Shown here piece after piece: positions 42,597 to 54,401 of a DNA stretch of 64,000 bases. The first letter of the stretch is position 1. Every line of letters starts with the position of its first letter. The translations under genes were made by a program, and so were the position numbers. This stretch comes from an uncultured Streptococcus sp. Lineage in GTDB: Bacteria > Bacillota > Bacilli > Lactobacillales > Streptococcaceae. The notes below the pieces were generated by a model. It was not told the DNA's origin. It did no database searches and worked only from the letters and a program-made list of their open reading frames with translations. The stretch covers positions 10,507 to 74,506 of the forward strand of contig CAUUSJ010000001.1 in the NCBI GenBank assembly GCA_963547765.1, in the 5' to 3' direction.

Positions 42597-43852
42597 TGCA
42601 AAATTTCAAATTTGCCATTAGTTCCATTCTTGGGCATAAGATGCGGGCTTTTCTGACCATGATTGGGATTATCATCGGGGTTGCGTCTGTTGTCGTCATA
42701 TTGGCACTGGGAAATGGAATGCAACAGGGAGTTACCAAGAGCATCACAAAAGAACAGAAGTATGTAAGCTTGCTTTATTCTCCCACTAAAAATAATTATA
42801 CGATGGGAGTTAATTTGATGGAGGTCAATGGTGGTCAAGATGCAGATAGTGAGATACTAGAGGAACCACCTGTTGTCCAAGAGTCTTGGGTCAAGGAACT
42901 ACTTAAAATTGACGGCGTCAAGGGCTATTATGTGACCAATGGTTCGACAGCTGACTTTTCTTACCAAAACAAGAAGTCTGATAAGGTCAACATTACGGGC
43001 GTGAATGCTACATTCTTTAAAATTAGAAAATATGAGATTTTAGCTGGACGGACTCTCTTGCCTAGTGACTATCAAAGTTTTTCTAATGTGATGATGATTG
43101 ATGAAACAGTGGCAACCAGCCTGTTTGGAAGTAGTGCGGAAGCCCTGAATAAAATAGTTTCAGTCGGTGATAGTAACTATCGGGTTGTTGGTATCTATAA
43201 GGATCCCAATGCTGGTCAGAGCATGAGTATGAGCTCAGGTAGCGCCTTGATGGCTAATACACAGGTAGCATCTGAATTTCATACAGATGAAATTGCAACT
43301 GTCTATATCTATGTGCCAGAAGTGGATCGTATCAACGAAGTTGGTGTAGAAGCAGCAAAAGAATTGACGGCTCTCTCAGGAGCTCGTCAAGGAGAATATC
43401 AAATCCTGAATATGGATACCTTGCTGGAGCAGTACAATCAAATCACAGGAACTATGACCGGTGTTATCGGAGCTATTGCAGGAATTTCCCTCTTTGTTGG
43501 AGGTATCGGTGTGATGAATATCATGTTGGTATCCGTTACAGAGCGAACACGGGAAATTGGTTTGCGAAAAGCTCTTGGAGCAACGCGTGGAAATATTCTC
43601 ACGCAGTTCTTGATTGAATCCATGGTATTGACCCTTATTGGTGGCCTGCTTGGTCTTAGCCTTGCTTACGGGATCAATGCTCTGCTAGCTGCAGTCGTGC
43701 CTGAAAACGTATTTGGAGGCCCACCAGTTGTCTCTGTCACTGCAGCAGTTGGAAGCCTTGTCTTCTCAGCCATGGTTGGGATTGTCTTTGGTATCCTGCC
43801 AGCCAATAAAGCATCTAAATTAGATCCGATTGAAGCGCTGAGATATGAATAA
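42596..43852 (+). CDS. MacB/FtsX-type ABC permease
   Basis: GGIGVMNIMLVSVTERTREIG, DPIEALRYE. Confidence 0.93.
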   Translation: MQNFKFAISSILGHKMRAFLTMIGIIIGVASVVVILALGNGMQQGVTKSITKEQKYVSLLYSPTKNNYTMGVNLMEVNGGQDADSEILEEPPVVQESWVKELLKIDGVKGYYVTNGSTADFSYQNKKSDKVNITGVNATFFKIRKYEILAGRTLLPSDYQSFSNVMMIDETVATSLFGSSAEALNKIVSVGDSNYRVVGIYKDPNAGQSMSMSSGSALMANTQVASEFHTDEIATVYIYVPEVDRINEVGVEAAKELTALSGARQGEYQILNMDTLLEQYNQITGTMTGVIGAIAGISLFVGGIGVMNIMLVSVTERTREIGLRKALGATRGNILTQFLIESMVLTLIGGLLGLSLAYGINALLAAVVPENVFGGPPVVSVTAAVGSLVFSAMVGIVFGILPANKASKLDPIEALRYE

Positions 43853-43894
43853 TATTATCAAAAGTCTGGGAGACCAGACTTTTTGTTATGTGAA

Positions 43895-43922
43895 AAATCC
43901 CGCTGGAATTCCAGCGGGATTT
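43895..43922. terminator. Perfect 28-bp palindrome, likely the lysS terminator
   Basis: aaatcccgctggaattccagcgggattt between convergent genes. Confidence 0.65.
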
Positions 43923-43951
43923 GTTTGCTTAAAAATTGTGTAAATTTGAGA

Positions 43952-45472
<1,521 letters not shown>

Positions 45473-45534
45473 TTATCACAAAATAAAAGGAAATTCAGCA
45501 ATAATTATCGATAAAAATAGAAAAACTGCGATGT

Positions 45535-46176
45535 TTAAAGATTCGCAGTTTCATCTGTTCGCATGTAATCTAGGTTGTTCCAAGCAAGTAAGCTGAAAGA
45601 GTCAAAATCGTCTGTTTCCAAAATGGTGACGCTAGCGTTGGCCAAGCCTCCGTCCATACGGAGCAAAGATGTTTCGTAACCGAGCAGGCGACGAATGCTG
45701 GCAGTTAGGTTGGCTCCATGTCCGACAATCAAGACATTTTGATAACCTTTCCCTTTGAGAGACTTCACGAAGGCAATTGTCCGATTGGTAGTTTGAGCGA
45801 CGGATTCTGCTTCAAATAGTTGGTGATCAAACTGGGATAGATCGTGGCGAAAGGCCCACATCTGCTGAGGATAAGTGGCTTCTACAGTAGCAATTTTGGC
45901 TCCTTCCAGTTTTCCAAGAGCCCACTCTCTTAGTTGAGGAGTTGGAACAATATCGGTTTGATACTGGTTTTCACTTTGGATAATTTCTGCAGAACGGTAA
46001 GCGCGAGGCAAATCGCTAGAGTAGATTTTATCGAATTGAACGTCTGATAAATGCTTGCCCAAACGCTTGAGCTCGTCAATGGATGTTTCAAGAATTGGAG
46101 AATCTCCGCTTGCCCCTTGGAAACGCATTTCTAGATTCCATTCGGTTTTTCCATGTCGGATAAAATACAATTTCAT
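45535..46176 (-). CDS. Histidine phosphatase (phosphoglycerate mutase family)
   Basis: RHGKT and VGHG motifs. Confidence 0.9.
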   Translation of the reverse strand: MKLYFIRHGKTEWNLEMRFQGASGDSPILETSIDELKRLGKHLSDVQFDKIYSSDLPRAYRSAEIIQSENQYQTDIVPTPQLREWALGKLEGAKIATVEATYPQQMWAFRHDLSQFDHQLFEAESVAQTTNRTIAFVKSLKGKGYQNVLIVGHGANLTASIRRLLGYETSLLRMDGGLANASVTILETDDFDSFSLLAWNNLDYMRTDETANL

Positions 46177-46209
46177 ATCAAGATCCTTTTTCCTTTTGAA
46201 GCGAATAGC

Positions 46210-46686
46210 CTAGTCCTCTTTCAAGTCTGCGAACTGTGCTTGAACAAAGTCAGCCAAATCCTGAGCCTTGATCTGGATGCTACGGCCGACTTCACCAGCA
46301 GAAACAATGATGCTTTCGCGACTCAGAGCCGTTTGGTCAATGAAAATGGGGAAGGAGTGCTTTTGGCGAATGCCGACAGGATTATTGGCACCATGGATGT
46401 AACCAGTCGTTTTTTCTAAATCTTTCTGCGGAATCATGCTAACTTTTTTATTGCCTGAAATTTTTGCTAATTTCTTTTCCGACAGATGTTCGGTGATAGG
46501 CAGGATGCCAATGACTGTTCCTGTTTTATCTCCGTTTAAAGCTAGTGTTTTATAAATTTGCGAGCGGTCAAATTCCTCTGTCAGGCTATCATCTAAAGCA
46601 TTAATCTGCAAGCCTTGGTGCTCGATTTTTGCCTTGTTTAAAATTTGCTCGACCAGTGTTTTTTTGAGTTTTGTTTTTTTAGCCAT
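46210..46686 (-). CDS. YbaK/EbsC aminoacyl-tRNA deacylase
   Basis: IYKTL, TGYIHGANNPVG, SAG. Confidence 0.88.
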   Translation of the reverse strand: MAKKTKLKKTLVEQILNKAKIEHQGLQINALDDSLTEEFDRSQIYKTLALNGDKTGTVIGILPITEHLSEKKLAKISGNKKVSMIPQKDLEKTTGYIHGANNPVGIRQKHSFPIFIDQTALSRESIIVSAGEVGRSIQIKAQDLADFVQAQFADLKED

Positions 46687-47528
46687 TATTTATATTTCTC
46701 TTCTAATTGGGACATCCAAATTCCTAGCCAGATACCTAATCCAAAGAAAAAGGCAGCAAGAACAAGTGTGAAAATGGATACTCCTGCATAACTAATGCTC
46801 TCACTGTTGCCGCTTTGAGGGAGAACAATGAGTAAGGTGCTGGACAATACAATGCCAATGATAAAATGGTAAACGCGGGAATGATAATGCTTCAAAATGT
46901 AATCCATGGCTTTTGAAAAGAGAATCAGAGCCAGAGCGCCACCGATGCCGATTGGCAGGAAGGTGCCAAATAAATCCAGGCGTTTAAATCCTGTCAGCAT
47001 GGGAGTATAGAGCCCTAAAATCAATAGCAGATTTGAAGGACTGAGTCCCGGAATCAAGATTCCTAAGGCGATAAGAGCACCTGCTAAAACAAAGGATAAG
47101 AAGTTAGCTGGCAGTGTCCCCACCATTCCATTCAGCGAGTAAAGAAAGATCCCTGATAAGATGAAACTAAGCCAGAAGGTAACAGTATCAGCTCGATCTC
47201 TGTCGGATTCCTTGACGGATTCTTTGATCAGGCTGGGAATGGTGCCGATGATGGCTCCAGCAAAGCCCCAGAGAACGATAACCTTGTAATTATCCAGTAA
47301 GAGATTGACTGGATAGGAGAAGGCTGCAATCCCTAAAACCATCCCAATAGCTACAGGAGTGAAGTAGAGAACATTCTCGATAAAACTTTCTTTGATATGG
47401 GCTAAAAAGCGAATCATTCGCTCATAAATCCCCAAAATCGCGGCTAATACACCGCCAGACACACCAGGTAGGATGAAGCCAAGCGCGATAATCATTCCTT
47501 TTAACATCCTAGCAATCCATGAAATCAT
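46686..47528 (-). CDS. DUF368 family membrane protein (undecaprenyl-phosphate translocase family)
   Basis: PGVSGG and PGLSPS repeats. Confidence 0.85.
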   Translation of the reverse strand: MISWIARMLKGMIIALGFILPGVSGGVLAAILGIYERMIRFLAHIKESFIENVLYFTPVAIGMVLGIAAFSYPVNLLLDNYKVIVLWGFAGAIIGTIPSLIKESVKESDRDRADTVTFWLSFILSGIFLYSLNGMVGTLPANFLSFVLAGALIALGILIPGLSPSNLLLILGLYTPMLTGFKRLDLFGTFLPIGIGGALALILFSKAMDYILKHYHSRVYHFIIGIVLSSTLLIVLPQSGNSESISYAGVSIFTLVLAAFFFGLGIWLGIWMSQLEEKYK

Positions 47529-47662
47529 AATATCTCCCTACAAGTCTTTTTCATTAGACTATTGTACCATAAAGCTACATACTTTTCTGAAAAAAGCAAG
47601 AAAAATATCTTGTACAGAGAAAAAAAGATACAAGATTTCCTAACAATTATCTTGCATCTTTT

Positions 47663-48508
47663 TTATTTTGGTGTTGAAAATAATTTCTTATAAGTCTCTT
47701 TTTTATCCTGTACAGGAGAGAGCTGATTGAGGTCTAAGTTATGTGGGAAACCTTCCAATTTACCTTCTGAGGTGTATTGATGTAGGTCATAGGGCTGTTC
47801 AGTATTTGGAGCAGCGTTATAGTAGCCGTCATTATAGCCATAAGTTGGAATCCAAACGGCAGTAAATTTCTCAGTTGAGATACTATGCTCTTCCATGAAA
47901 TAGGTACCGATGTAGATGCCAATATTTTGAGCTCCAAGACTTTCAAGCTTGGCACGAAAGGCCTCAATTCCTGCGTTCATGTCGCCCATGGTCTTTTCTT
48001 CAACATCAAGCCAGTAAAAGGTAGGTTTATATTTCGAAGATGCCTTGTAGAAGCTTTCAGCTTCTTTTTCCATTTCTTTGATATTGCCTGCTGCTATATA
48101 AGCATAGACAGCTACAGGAATCCCTCGTTTTTGAAACTCTTGGATATGGGTAGCAAATGATTTGTCAAGTCCATTTAAATGAGTGGCAACATTTTCTTTT
48201 TTTGCTTGAGCTCCACTATGCACGCGAATGATAGCACCAGAAATATTTGTTGATAAGGTATCATAGTCTATTTCGCTGGGTAATTGCCAACCGGAAAGGT
48301 CAACGATAGGTTTATTAAGCAATTCTTCCTCAGGTTCGTCTGAAGGAGCTTCCTCCTTTTTTTTCTTGGTTGTCACCTGACTGACTTGAGTTTTTTTTGT
48401 TTGGGCTTGTTTAATTTGCACATCAAGATGGTGCTTACTTATGACAATATATAGAATAAAGCAAGCAAAGAATAGCAAGAGTGCAAGCGGTTTAATCCTT
48501 TTTCTCAT
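47663..48508 (-). CDS. Membrane-anchored glycoside hydrolase family 25 (muramidase)
   Basis: VDLSGWQ, WLDVE, HQYTS, LDLN. Confidence 0.88.
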   Translation of the reverse strand: MRKRIKPLALLLFFACFILYIVISKHHLDVQIKQAQTKKTQVSQVTTKKKKEEAPSDEPEEELLNKPIVDLSGWQLPSEIDYDTLSTNISGAIIRVHSGAQAKKENVATHLNGLDKSFATHIQEFQKRGIPVAVYAYIAAGNIKEMEKEAESFYKASSKYKPTFYWLDVEEKTMGDMNAGIEAFRAKLESLGAQNIGIYIGTYFMEEHSISTEKFTAVWIPTYGYNDGYYNAAPNTEQPYDLHQYTSEGKLEGFPHNLDLNQLSPVQDKKETYKKLFSTPK

Positions 48509-48735
48509 ACTGTTTCATTGTAACGTAAAATAAATAGAAAAGCAAAGTATTTATCTATATTTCCAGCGAAATGCGAAAATGTAATCTGATTGCAATAGAA
48601 GATAAAACAATTTGAAATAATTGGATTTTTGAGGCGATAAATAAGTAAATATCTCTTGAAGCCATCCTAATGCTTTTTTTTCGAATCAAAAAGTGGTATA
48701 ATGAAGTTTGAATTTTTAGAATAAATTGGTGAAAT

Positions 48736-49950
48736 ATGAAAATTGACAAAAAGCATTTATTGAATTACTCAATTTTGATTCCGTACATGCTGTTATCTGG
48801 CATTGGCTTGATTGTCGTTTATTCCACGACGAGCCCCATCCTCATTCAAAATGGGCTCAATAGTTTTCGAATGGTCGCCACTCAAGCAGGTTTTTGGCTC
48901 TTCAGCTTGGTGATGATTGGGATTATTTACCGAATGAAGCTGGATTTTCTGAAGAGGCCAGGAGTGATTACGTTTGTTATCATAGCTGAAATTATTCTGC
49001 TTTTACTCTCACGCTTTATCACAGGAACGATCAATGGGGCACACGGTTGGCTCAAAATCGGTCCAGTTACTGCTCAGCCGGCAGAATATCTGAAGATTAT
49101 TTTGGTCTGGTATTTGGCCCTACAGTTTTCTAAGAAACAAGAGCAAATAGAAGTATATGATTATCAAGCAATCACCTTTAATCAGTTGATCCCGCGTGCC
49201 GTTACTGATTGGCGGGTTATTGTTGCTTTCTTGATAGGCCTGGTGGTTATCATGCCCGACTTAGGAAATGCGACCATTTTGCTCTTAACAGTTTTGATTG
49301 TAATTTCCACCAGCGGAATTGCTTACAGATGGTTCTCAACCATGCTTGGTGCTGTTGTAGGAGGGTCGGCAGCGGTTTTAGCGAGTATTTGGTTGATAGG
49401 TGTCAAGCGTGTTGAGCAAGTTCCTGTTTTTGGATATGTTGCAAAGCGTTTTAGTGCTTTTTTCAACCCTTTCGACGATTTGTCTGGCTCAGGCCACCAG
49501 CTGGCCAATTCTTACTATGCCATGAGTAATGGTGGTTGGTTTGGCTTAGGCTTAGGAAACTCTATCGAAAAACGAGGTTACCTACCAGAGGCTCATACAG
49601 ACTTTGTTTTCTCGATTGTTATTGAGGAAGTCGGATTCTTTGGAGCAACTTTAATTTTAGCCCTGCTCTTTTTCTTGATTTTACGGATTATTCTCGTAGG
49701 TACAAGGGCCAAGGATCCATTTAATTCTATGATGGCTTTGGGAATTGGCGGTATGATTCTGATGCAAACCTTTGTCAATATTGGTGGTATTTCGGGCTTG
49801 ATTCCTTCAACCGGTGTAACCTTCCCATTCTTATCTCAGGGAGGAAACAGTTTATTGGTTCTATCAGTTGCCATTGCCTTTGTTTTAAATATTGATGCCA
49901 ATGAGCGACGAAACGCCATGTATCAGGAACTAGAAGTGAGTCAATCCTAA
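48736..49950 (+). CDS. ftsW: SEDS peptidoglycan polymerase FtsW
   Basis: QPAEYLK, PDLG, LPEAHTDF, FLSQGG. Confidence 0.93.
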   Translation: MKIDKKHLLNYSILIPYMLLSGIGLIVVYSTTSPILIQNGLNSFRMVATQAGFWLFSLVMIGIIYRMKLDFLKRPGVITFVIIAEIILLLLSRFITGTINGAHGWLKIGPVTAQPAEYLKIILVWYLALQFSKKQEQIEVYDYQAITFNQLIPRAVTDWRVIVAFLIGLVVIMPDLGNATILLLTVLIVISTSGIAYRWFSTMLGAVVGGSAAVLASIWLIGVKRVEQVPVFGYVAKRFSAFFNPFDDLSGSGHQLANSYYAMSNGGWFGLGLGNSIEKRGYLPEAHTDFVFSIVIEEVGFFGATLILALLFFLILRIILVGTRAKDPFNSMMALGIGGMILMQTFVNIGGISGLIPSTGVTFPFLSQGGNSLLVLSVAIAFVLNIDANERRNAMYQELEVSQS

Positions 49951-49997
49951 AAAATCTTCTTGTATGTTAGCTCTTCAACAATAGAAAGGTGTAAATA

Positions 49998-52844
49998 ATG
50001 TCATTTACAAAATTAGAAAATTATAGCAATAAAGAAATGATTCGAGAAGAAGTTTCTATTTTAACGGACTTGTTGGTAGATATTACCCGAGATATTCTCA
50101 GTCCTGACACTTTTGCTAAAATCTCCATGATTGAAGAACTGGCAGTTCAATCTAAATACCAAGAGCTGAAAGCAGTAGTAGAAGAATTATCCACGGATGA
50201 TATGGTCTATATCTCACGCTATTTTGCTATTTTACCTCTGCTCATCAATATTTCTGAAGATGTTGACTTGGCTTATGAGATCAATCATCAAAATAATATT
50301 GACCAAGACTACCTTGGTAAGCTTTCGACGACGATTGATTTGGTTTCCACACGAGAAAATGCACAAGAAATCCTGGAAAATCTAAATGTTGTTCCTGTTT
50401 TGACTGCTCATCCGACTCAGGTTCAGCGCAAGACCATGTTGGATTTGACCAATCATATCCATACACTTTTGCGTCAGCATCGTGATGTTAAAGCTGGTCT
50501 GGTGAACGAAAAGAAATGGTTAGCCAATCTCCGTCGCTATATCGAGCTGATGATGCAGACCGATATGATTCGGGAAAAGAAACTTAAGGTTACCAATGAA
50601 ATCACTAACGTTATGGAGTACTATAACAGTTCTTTTCTTCAAGCAATTACGAACCTGATGCTAGAGTATAAACGCTTGGCAGAAGAAAAAGGAATCCATT
50701 TGGAAAATCCTAAACCCATCACCATGGGAATGTGGATTGGTGGTGACCGTGATGGAAATCCATTTGTAACCGCTGAAACTCTGAAATTGTCTGCAACAGT
50801 ACAGAGCGAAGTTATTCTGAATTACTACATTGACAAGGTTTATACGCTCTATCGTAACTTCTCCCTGTCTACTAATCTTTCAAAAACAAGTGAAGCTGTA
50901 GCCAAGATGGCAGCTTTGTCCAGCGACAAGTCTGTTTATCGGGAAAATGAGCCTTATCGCCGTGCTTTTCATTACATTCAGTCCAAGTTGATTCAGACCT
51001 TACTTTATCTGAAAGAAGGTAATTTCTCCGGTGAAGGGCATCGTTTGGCTGATAAAGCTGAAGCAGTCCTGCATGCAAATGCTGCTACCTCGGTCAGCCA
51101 TAATGGTAGGGAAATTATTCCAAATTATATCCAGTCTAAACTTAGTGGTAGTTTAGATGAATTACGAAAAGAACAACTTCCATCTTACAAAGATGCGCAA
51201 GAGTTTAAGGAAGATCTTCTTGTTATTCGTGATTCTTTGCTGGAGCACAATGGACAAGCTCTGGTGACTGGAGAACTTACTGAATTGCTACAAGCAGTTG
51301 ACATTTTTGGTTTCTTCTTGGCCAGCATTGATATGCGTCAGGATTCCAGTGTCCATGAGGCTTGTGTGGCGGAGCTCTTGGCTTCTGCTAATATTGTGAA
51401 AGATTACAGCAGCTTGTCAGAGGAAGAAAAATGCCAAGTTCTCCTCAAGCAGCTTCTGGAGGATCCACGGATCCTGTCAGCCACTCATGCACCTAAATCT
51501 GAACTTCTACAAAAAGAATTGGAGATTTTCAAGACGGCTCGTCAGCTTAAGGATGCGATTGGCGAAGATGTTATCAAGCAAAATATTATTTCTCATTCGA
51601 CTAGCGTATCAGATCTGCTAGAGTTGGCGATTATGCTCAAGGAAGTCGGCTTGATCGATGAGGAAGGTGCGCGTGTGCAGATTGTTCCTCTGTTTGAAAC
51701 GATTGAGGACTTGGATAACTCTTGCGATACTATGGAGAAATATCTGTCTCTGCCAATTGCTCAAAAATGGATCGCTTCTAAAAACAACTACCAAGAAATC
51801 ATGCTGGGCTACTCAGACAGTAACAAGGATGGTGGCTATTTATCATCATGCTGGACACTTTACAAGGCTCAGCAACAACTGACAGCTATTGGTGATAAGT
51901 TTGGCGTCAAGATTACCTTCTTCCATGGTCGTGGAGGAACTGTCGGTCGTGGCGGTGGCCCAACCTATGAGGCAATCACTTCGCAACCATTGCGGAGTAT
52001 CAATGATCGTATCCGCCTGACAGAGCAGGGTGAGGTCATCGGCAATAAATACGGTAATAAGGATGCTGCTTACTACAATCTGGAAATGCTCGTATCGGCA
52101 GCTATTAACCGTATGATAAGCTATAAGAAGAGTGATAGTAATACGAGCAATGAATACGAGAGAGTGATGGATCGAGTGGTCGATCGAAGCTACCAAATCT
52201 ATCGCGATCTAGTCTTTGGCGACGAACGTTTCTACGATTACTTCTTTGAGTCTAGTCCTATTAAGGCCATTTCTAGCTTTAATATCGGTTCTCGTCCAGC
52301 GGCCCGTAAAACGATCACTGAAATTGGCGGTCTAAGAGCCATTCCTTGGGTCTTCTCATGGTCTCAAAGTCGGGTTATGTTCCCTGGTTGGTATGGTGTT
52401 GGCTCTAGCTTCAAAGAATTTATCGATGAAGATCCTGAAAAGAATCTTGCCTTCCTTCAATTTATGTATCAGAGATGGCCATTCTTCCAGTCCCTCTTGT
52501 CAAATGTTGATATGGTGCTGTCCAAGTCCAATATGAATATCGCTTTTGAATATGCGCAACTTTGTGAAGACCAAAATGTACGAGATATTTTCAATACAAT
52601 CCTAGATGAATGGCAGCTGACCAAGGATATTATCTTGGCGATTGAAGGCCATGACGAGCTCTTAGCAGAAAATGCCTATCTCAAGGATAGCTTGAACTAT
52701 CGGATGCCTTATTTCAATGTTTTGAACTATATTCAGCTTGAGCTGATCAAGCGTCAGCGCCGAGGAGAACTTTCACCAGAACAAGAACGTTTGATCCACA
52801 TTACCATCAATGGAATTGCGACAGGACTACGAAATTCTGGTTGA
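49998..52844 (+). CDS. ppc: Phosphoenolpyruvate carboxylase
   Basis: [36 protein letters not shown]. Confidence 0.97.
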   Translation: MSFTKLENYSNKEMIREEVSILTDLLVDITRDILSPDTFAKISMIEELAVQSKYQELKAVVEELSTDDMVYISRYFAILPLLINISEDVDLAYEINHQNNIDQDYLGKLSTTIDLVSTRENAQEILENLNVVPVLTAHPTQVQRKTMLDLTNHIHTLLRQHRDVKAGLVNEKKWLANLRRYIELMMQTDMIREKKLKVTNEITNVMEYYNSSFLQAITNLMLEYKRLAEEKGIHLENPKPITMGMWIGGDRDGNPFVTAETLKLSATVQSEVILNYYIDKVYTLYRNFSLSTNLSKTSEAVAKMAALSSDKSVYRENEPYRRAFHYIQSKLIQTLLYLKEGNFSGEGHRLADKAEAVLHANAATSVSHNGREIIPNYIQSKLSGSLDELRKEQLPSYKDAQEFKEDLLVIRDSLLEHNGQALVTGELTELLQAVDIFGFFLASIDMRQDSSVHEACVAELLASANIVKDYSSLSEEEKCQVLLKQLLEDPRILSATHAPKSELLQKELEIFKTARQLKDAIGEDVIKQNIISHSTSVSDLLELAIMLKEVGLIDEEGARVQIVPLFETIEDLDNSCDTMEKYLSLPIAQKWIASKNNYQEIMLGYSDSNKDGGYLSSCWTLYKAQQQLTAIGDKFGVKITFFHGRGGTVGRGGGPTYEAITSQPLRSINDRIRLTEQGEVIGNKYGNKDAAYYNLEMLVSAAINRMISYKKSDSNTSNEYERVMDRVVDRSYQIYRDLVFGDERFYDYFFESSPIKAISSFNIGSRPAARKTITEIGGLRAIPWVFSWSQSRVMFPGWYGVGSSFKEFIDEDPEKNLAFLQFMYQRWPFFQSLLSNVDMVLSKSNMNIAFEYAQLCEDQNVRDIFNTILDEWQLTKDIILAIEGHDELLAENAYLKDSLNYRMPYFNVLNYIQLELIKRQRRGELSPEQERLIHITINGIATGLRNSG

Positions 52845-52960
52845 TGCACAAGGAGCTTTAAAAGAACTCAATAAAAAATCGGCTTAGAAGCCGATTTTTT
52901 ATTGAGTCTAAACTATTTTGAGTCCATAACTTATTTCCTGCGATTTGTGTAAATAAAAAA

Positions 52961-53052
52961 TGAAAAAGTTTTCATATCTGTGCGCTAAAATACTTGAAAG
53001 TGTTTACAATTAGTGATACAATGATAAGTGTAGAAAAATGAAAACGATATTT
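52961..53052 (+). promoter_or_regulatory. ccpA promoter with two or three cre-like sites
   Basis: TGAAAAAGTTTTCA (52961), TGAAAGTGTTTACA (52995), weaker TGAAAACGATATTT (53039); TG-A-TACAAT. Confidence 0.6.
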
Positions 53053-53074
53053 TCAACAAAAGAAAGGAAACTAT

Positions 53075-54079
53075 ATGAACACAGACGACACAGTAACCAT
53101 TTATGATGTCGCCCGTGAAGCGGGAGTTTCAATGGCGACAGTCAGCCGAGTTGTAAATGGTAACAAGAATGTAAAAGAAAATACACGAAAGAAAGTACTA
53201 GAAGTAATTGAACGTCTTGACTATCGTCCTAATGCAGTTGCCCGTGGTTTGGCCAGCAAAAAGACGACCACTGTTGGTGTTGTAATTCCCAATATCACGA
53301 ATAGTTACTTCTCTACTTTAGCCAAAGGGATTGATGATATTGCCGAAATGTATAAGTACAATATCGTCCTGGCAAACAGCGATGAAGATGATGACAAGGA
53401 AGTTTCGGTTGTTAATACCCTTTTCTCTAAGCAAGTAGATGGTATTATTTTTATGGGCTACCATCTGACAGAGAAAATTCGTTCAGAATTTTCACGTTCA
53501 CGGACACCAGTGGTTCTAGCGGGCACGGTGGATGTAGAACATCAGTTACCAAGTGTCAATATTGATTATAAACAGGCAACCGTTGATGCTGTGGAACTAT
53601 TGGCTAAACGCAACAAGAAAATTGCTTTTGTCAGTGGTCCTTTGGTAGATGATATCAATGGTAAAATCCGCTTGTCTGGCTACAAAGAAGCTCTGAAGGG
53701 CAAGAAAATTTCATATAGCGAAGGCTTGGTCTTCGAGTCTAAGTATAGCTACGATGACGGTTATCATCTAGCTGAACGTCTGATTGCTTCAAAGGCTACG
53801 GCGGCCTTTGTGACCGGAGATGAGTTGGCAGCAGGTTTGCTTAATGGTTTGGCTGATCGAGGTGTTCGTATTCCTGAAGACTTTGAAATCATTACTAGCG
53901 ATGATTCGCAAATCGCTCGCTTTACTCGCCCTAATCTGTCCACTATCGGACAACCTCTGTATGACATCGGTGCGATTAGTATGCGGATGCTGACGAAGAT
54001 TATGCATAAAGAAGAGTTGGAAGAGCGTGAAGTTCTCCTAGCTCATACGATCAATGAACGTAAATCAACTCGTAAATAA
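53075..54079 (+). CDS. ccpA: Catabolite control protein A
   Basis: TIYDVAREAGVSMATVSRVVNGN, YRPNAVARGLASKKTTT. Confidence 0.97.
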   Translation: MNTDDTVTIYDVAREAGVSMATVSRVVNGNKNVKENTRKKVLEVIERLDYRPNAVARGLASKKTTTVGVVIPNITNSYFSTLAKGIDDIAEMYKYNIVLANSDEDDDKEVSVVNTLFSKQVDGIIFMGYHLTEKIRSEFSRSRTPVVLAGTVDVEHQLPSVNIDYKQATVDAVELLAKRNKKIAFVSGPLVDDINGKIRLSGYKEALKGKKISYSEGLVFESKYSYDDGYHLAERLIASKATAAFVTGDELAAGLLNGLADRGVRIPEDFEIITSDDSQIARFTRPNLSTIGQPLYDIGAISMRMLTKIMHKEELEEREVLLAHTINERKSTRK

Positions 54080-54401
54080 TAAAATTGATACGGGATGGGA
54101 CGGAATTAAATTTTGAAAGAATTTAGTTCTGTCTCGTTTTTTATTTTAGTTAAACACAGTCGCCGAATATAAAAGACTCTGAGTTTCTTCTTTGTAGAAA
54201 TTTAGGTATAATAGAAGCAGGAATGCTGAAATTAGTTCTTGTTCTACTTACTTGACTGACGAAGGTTAAGAAGAAATAGGCTAGTTAGAGCTTGGGATAG
54301 ATTTTCAGTAAAACGAAAAAATTAAGAAGTGGAAATGCATTTTTTCTGTCTTCTTTTTACTAGTAGGCATCATTTATCGTAGCTGTATCAAGGAGAATTT
54401 T

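Noticed and set aside
54222..54270. 15-codon ORF in the dnaE leader
   Set aside because: No properly spaced RBS and no other support
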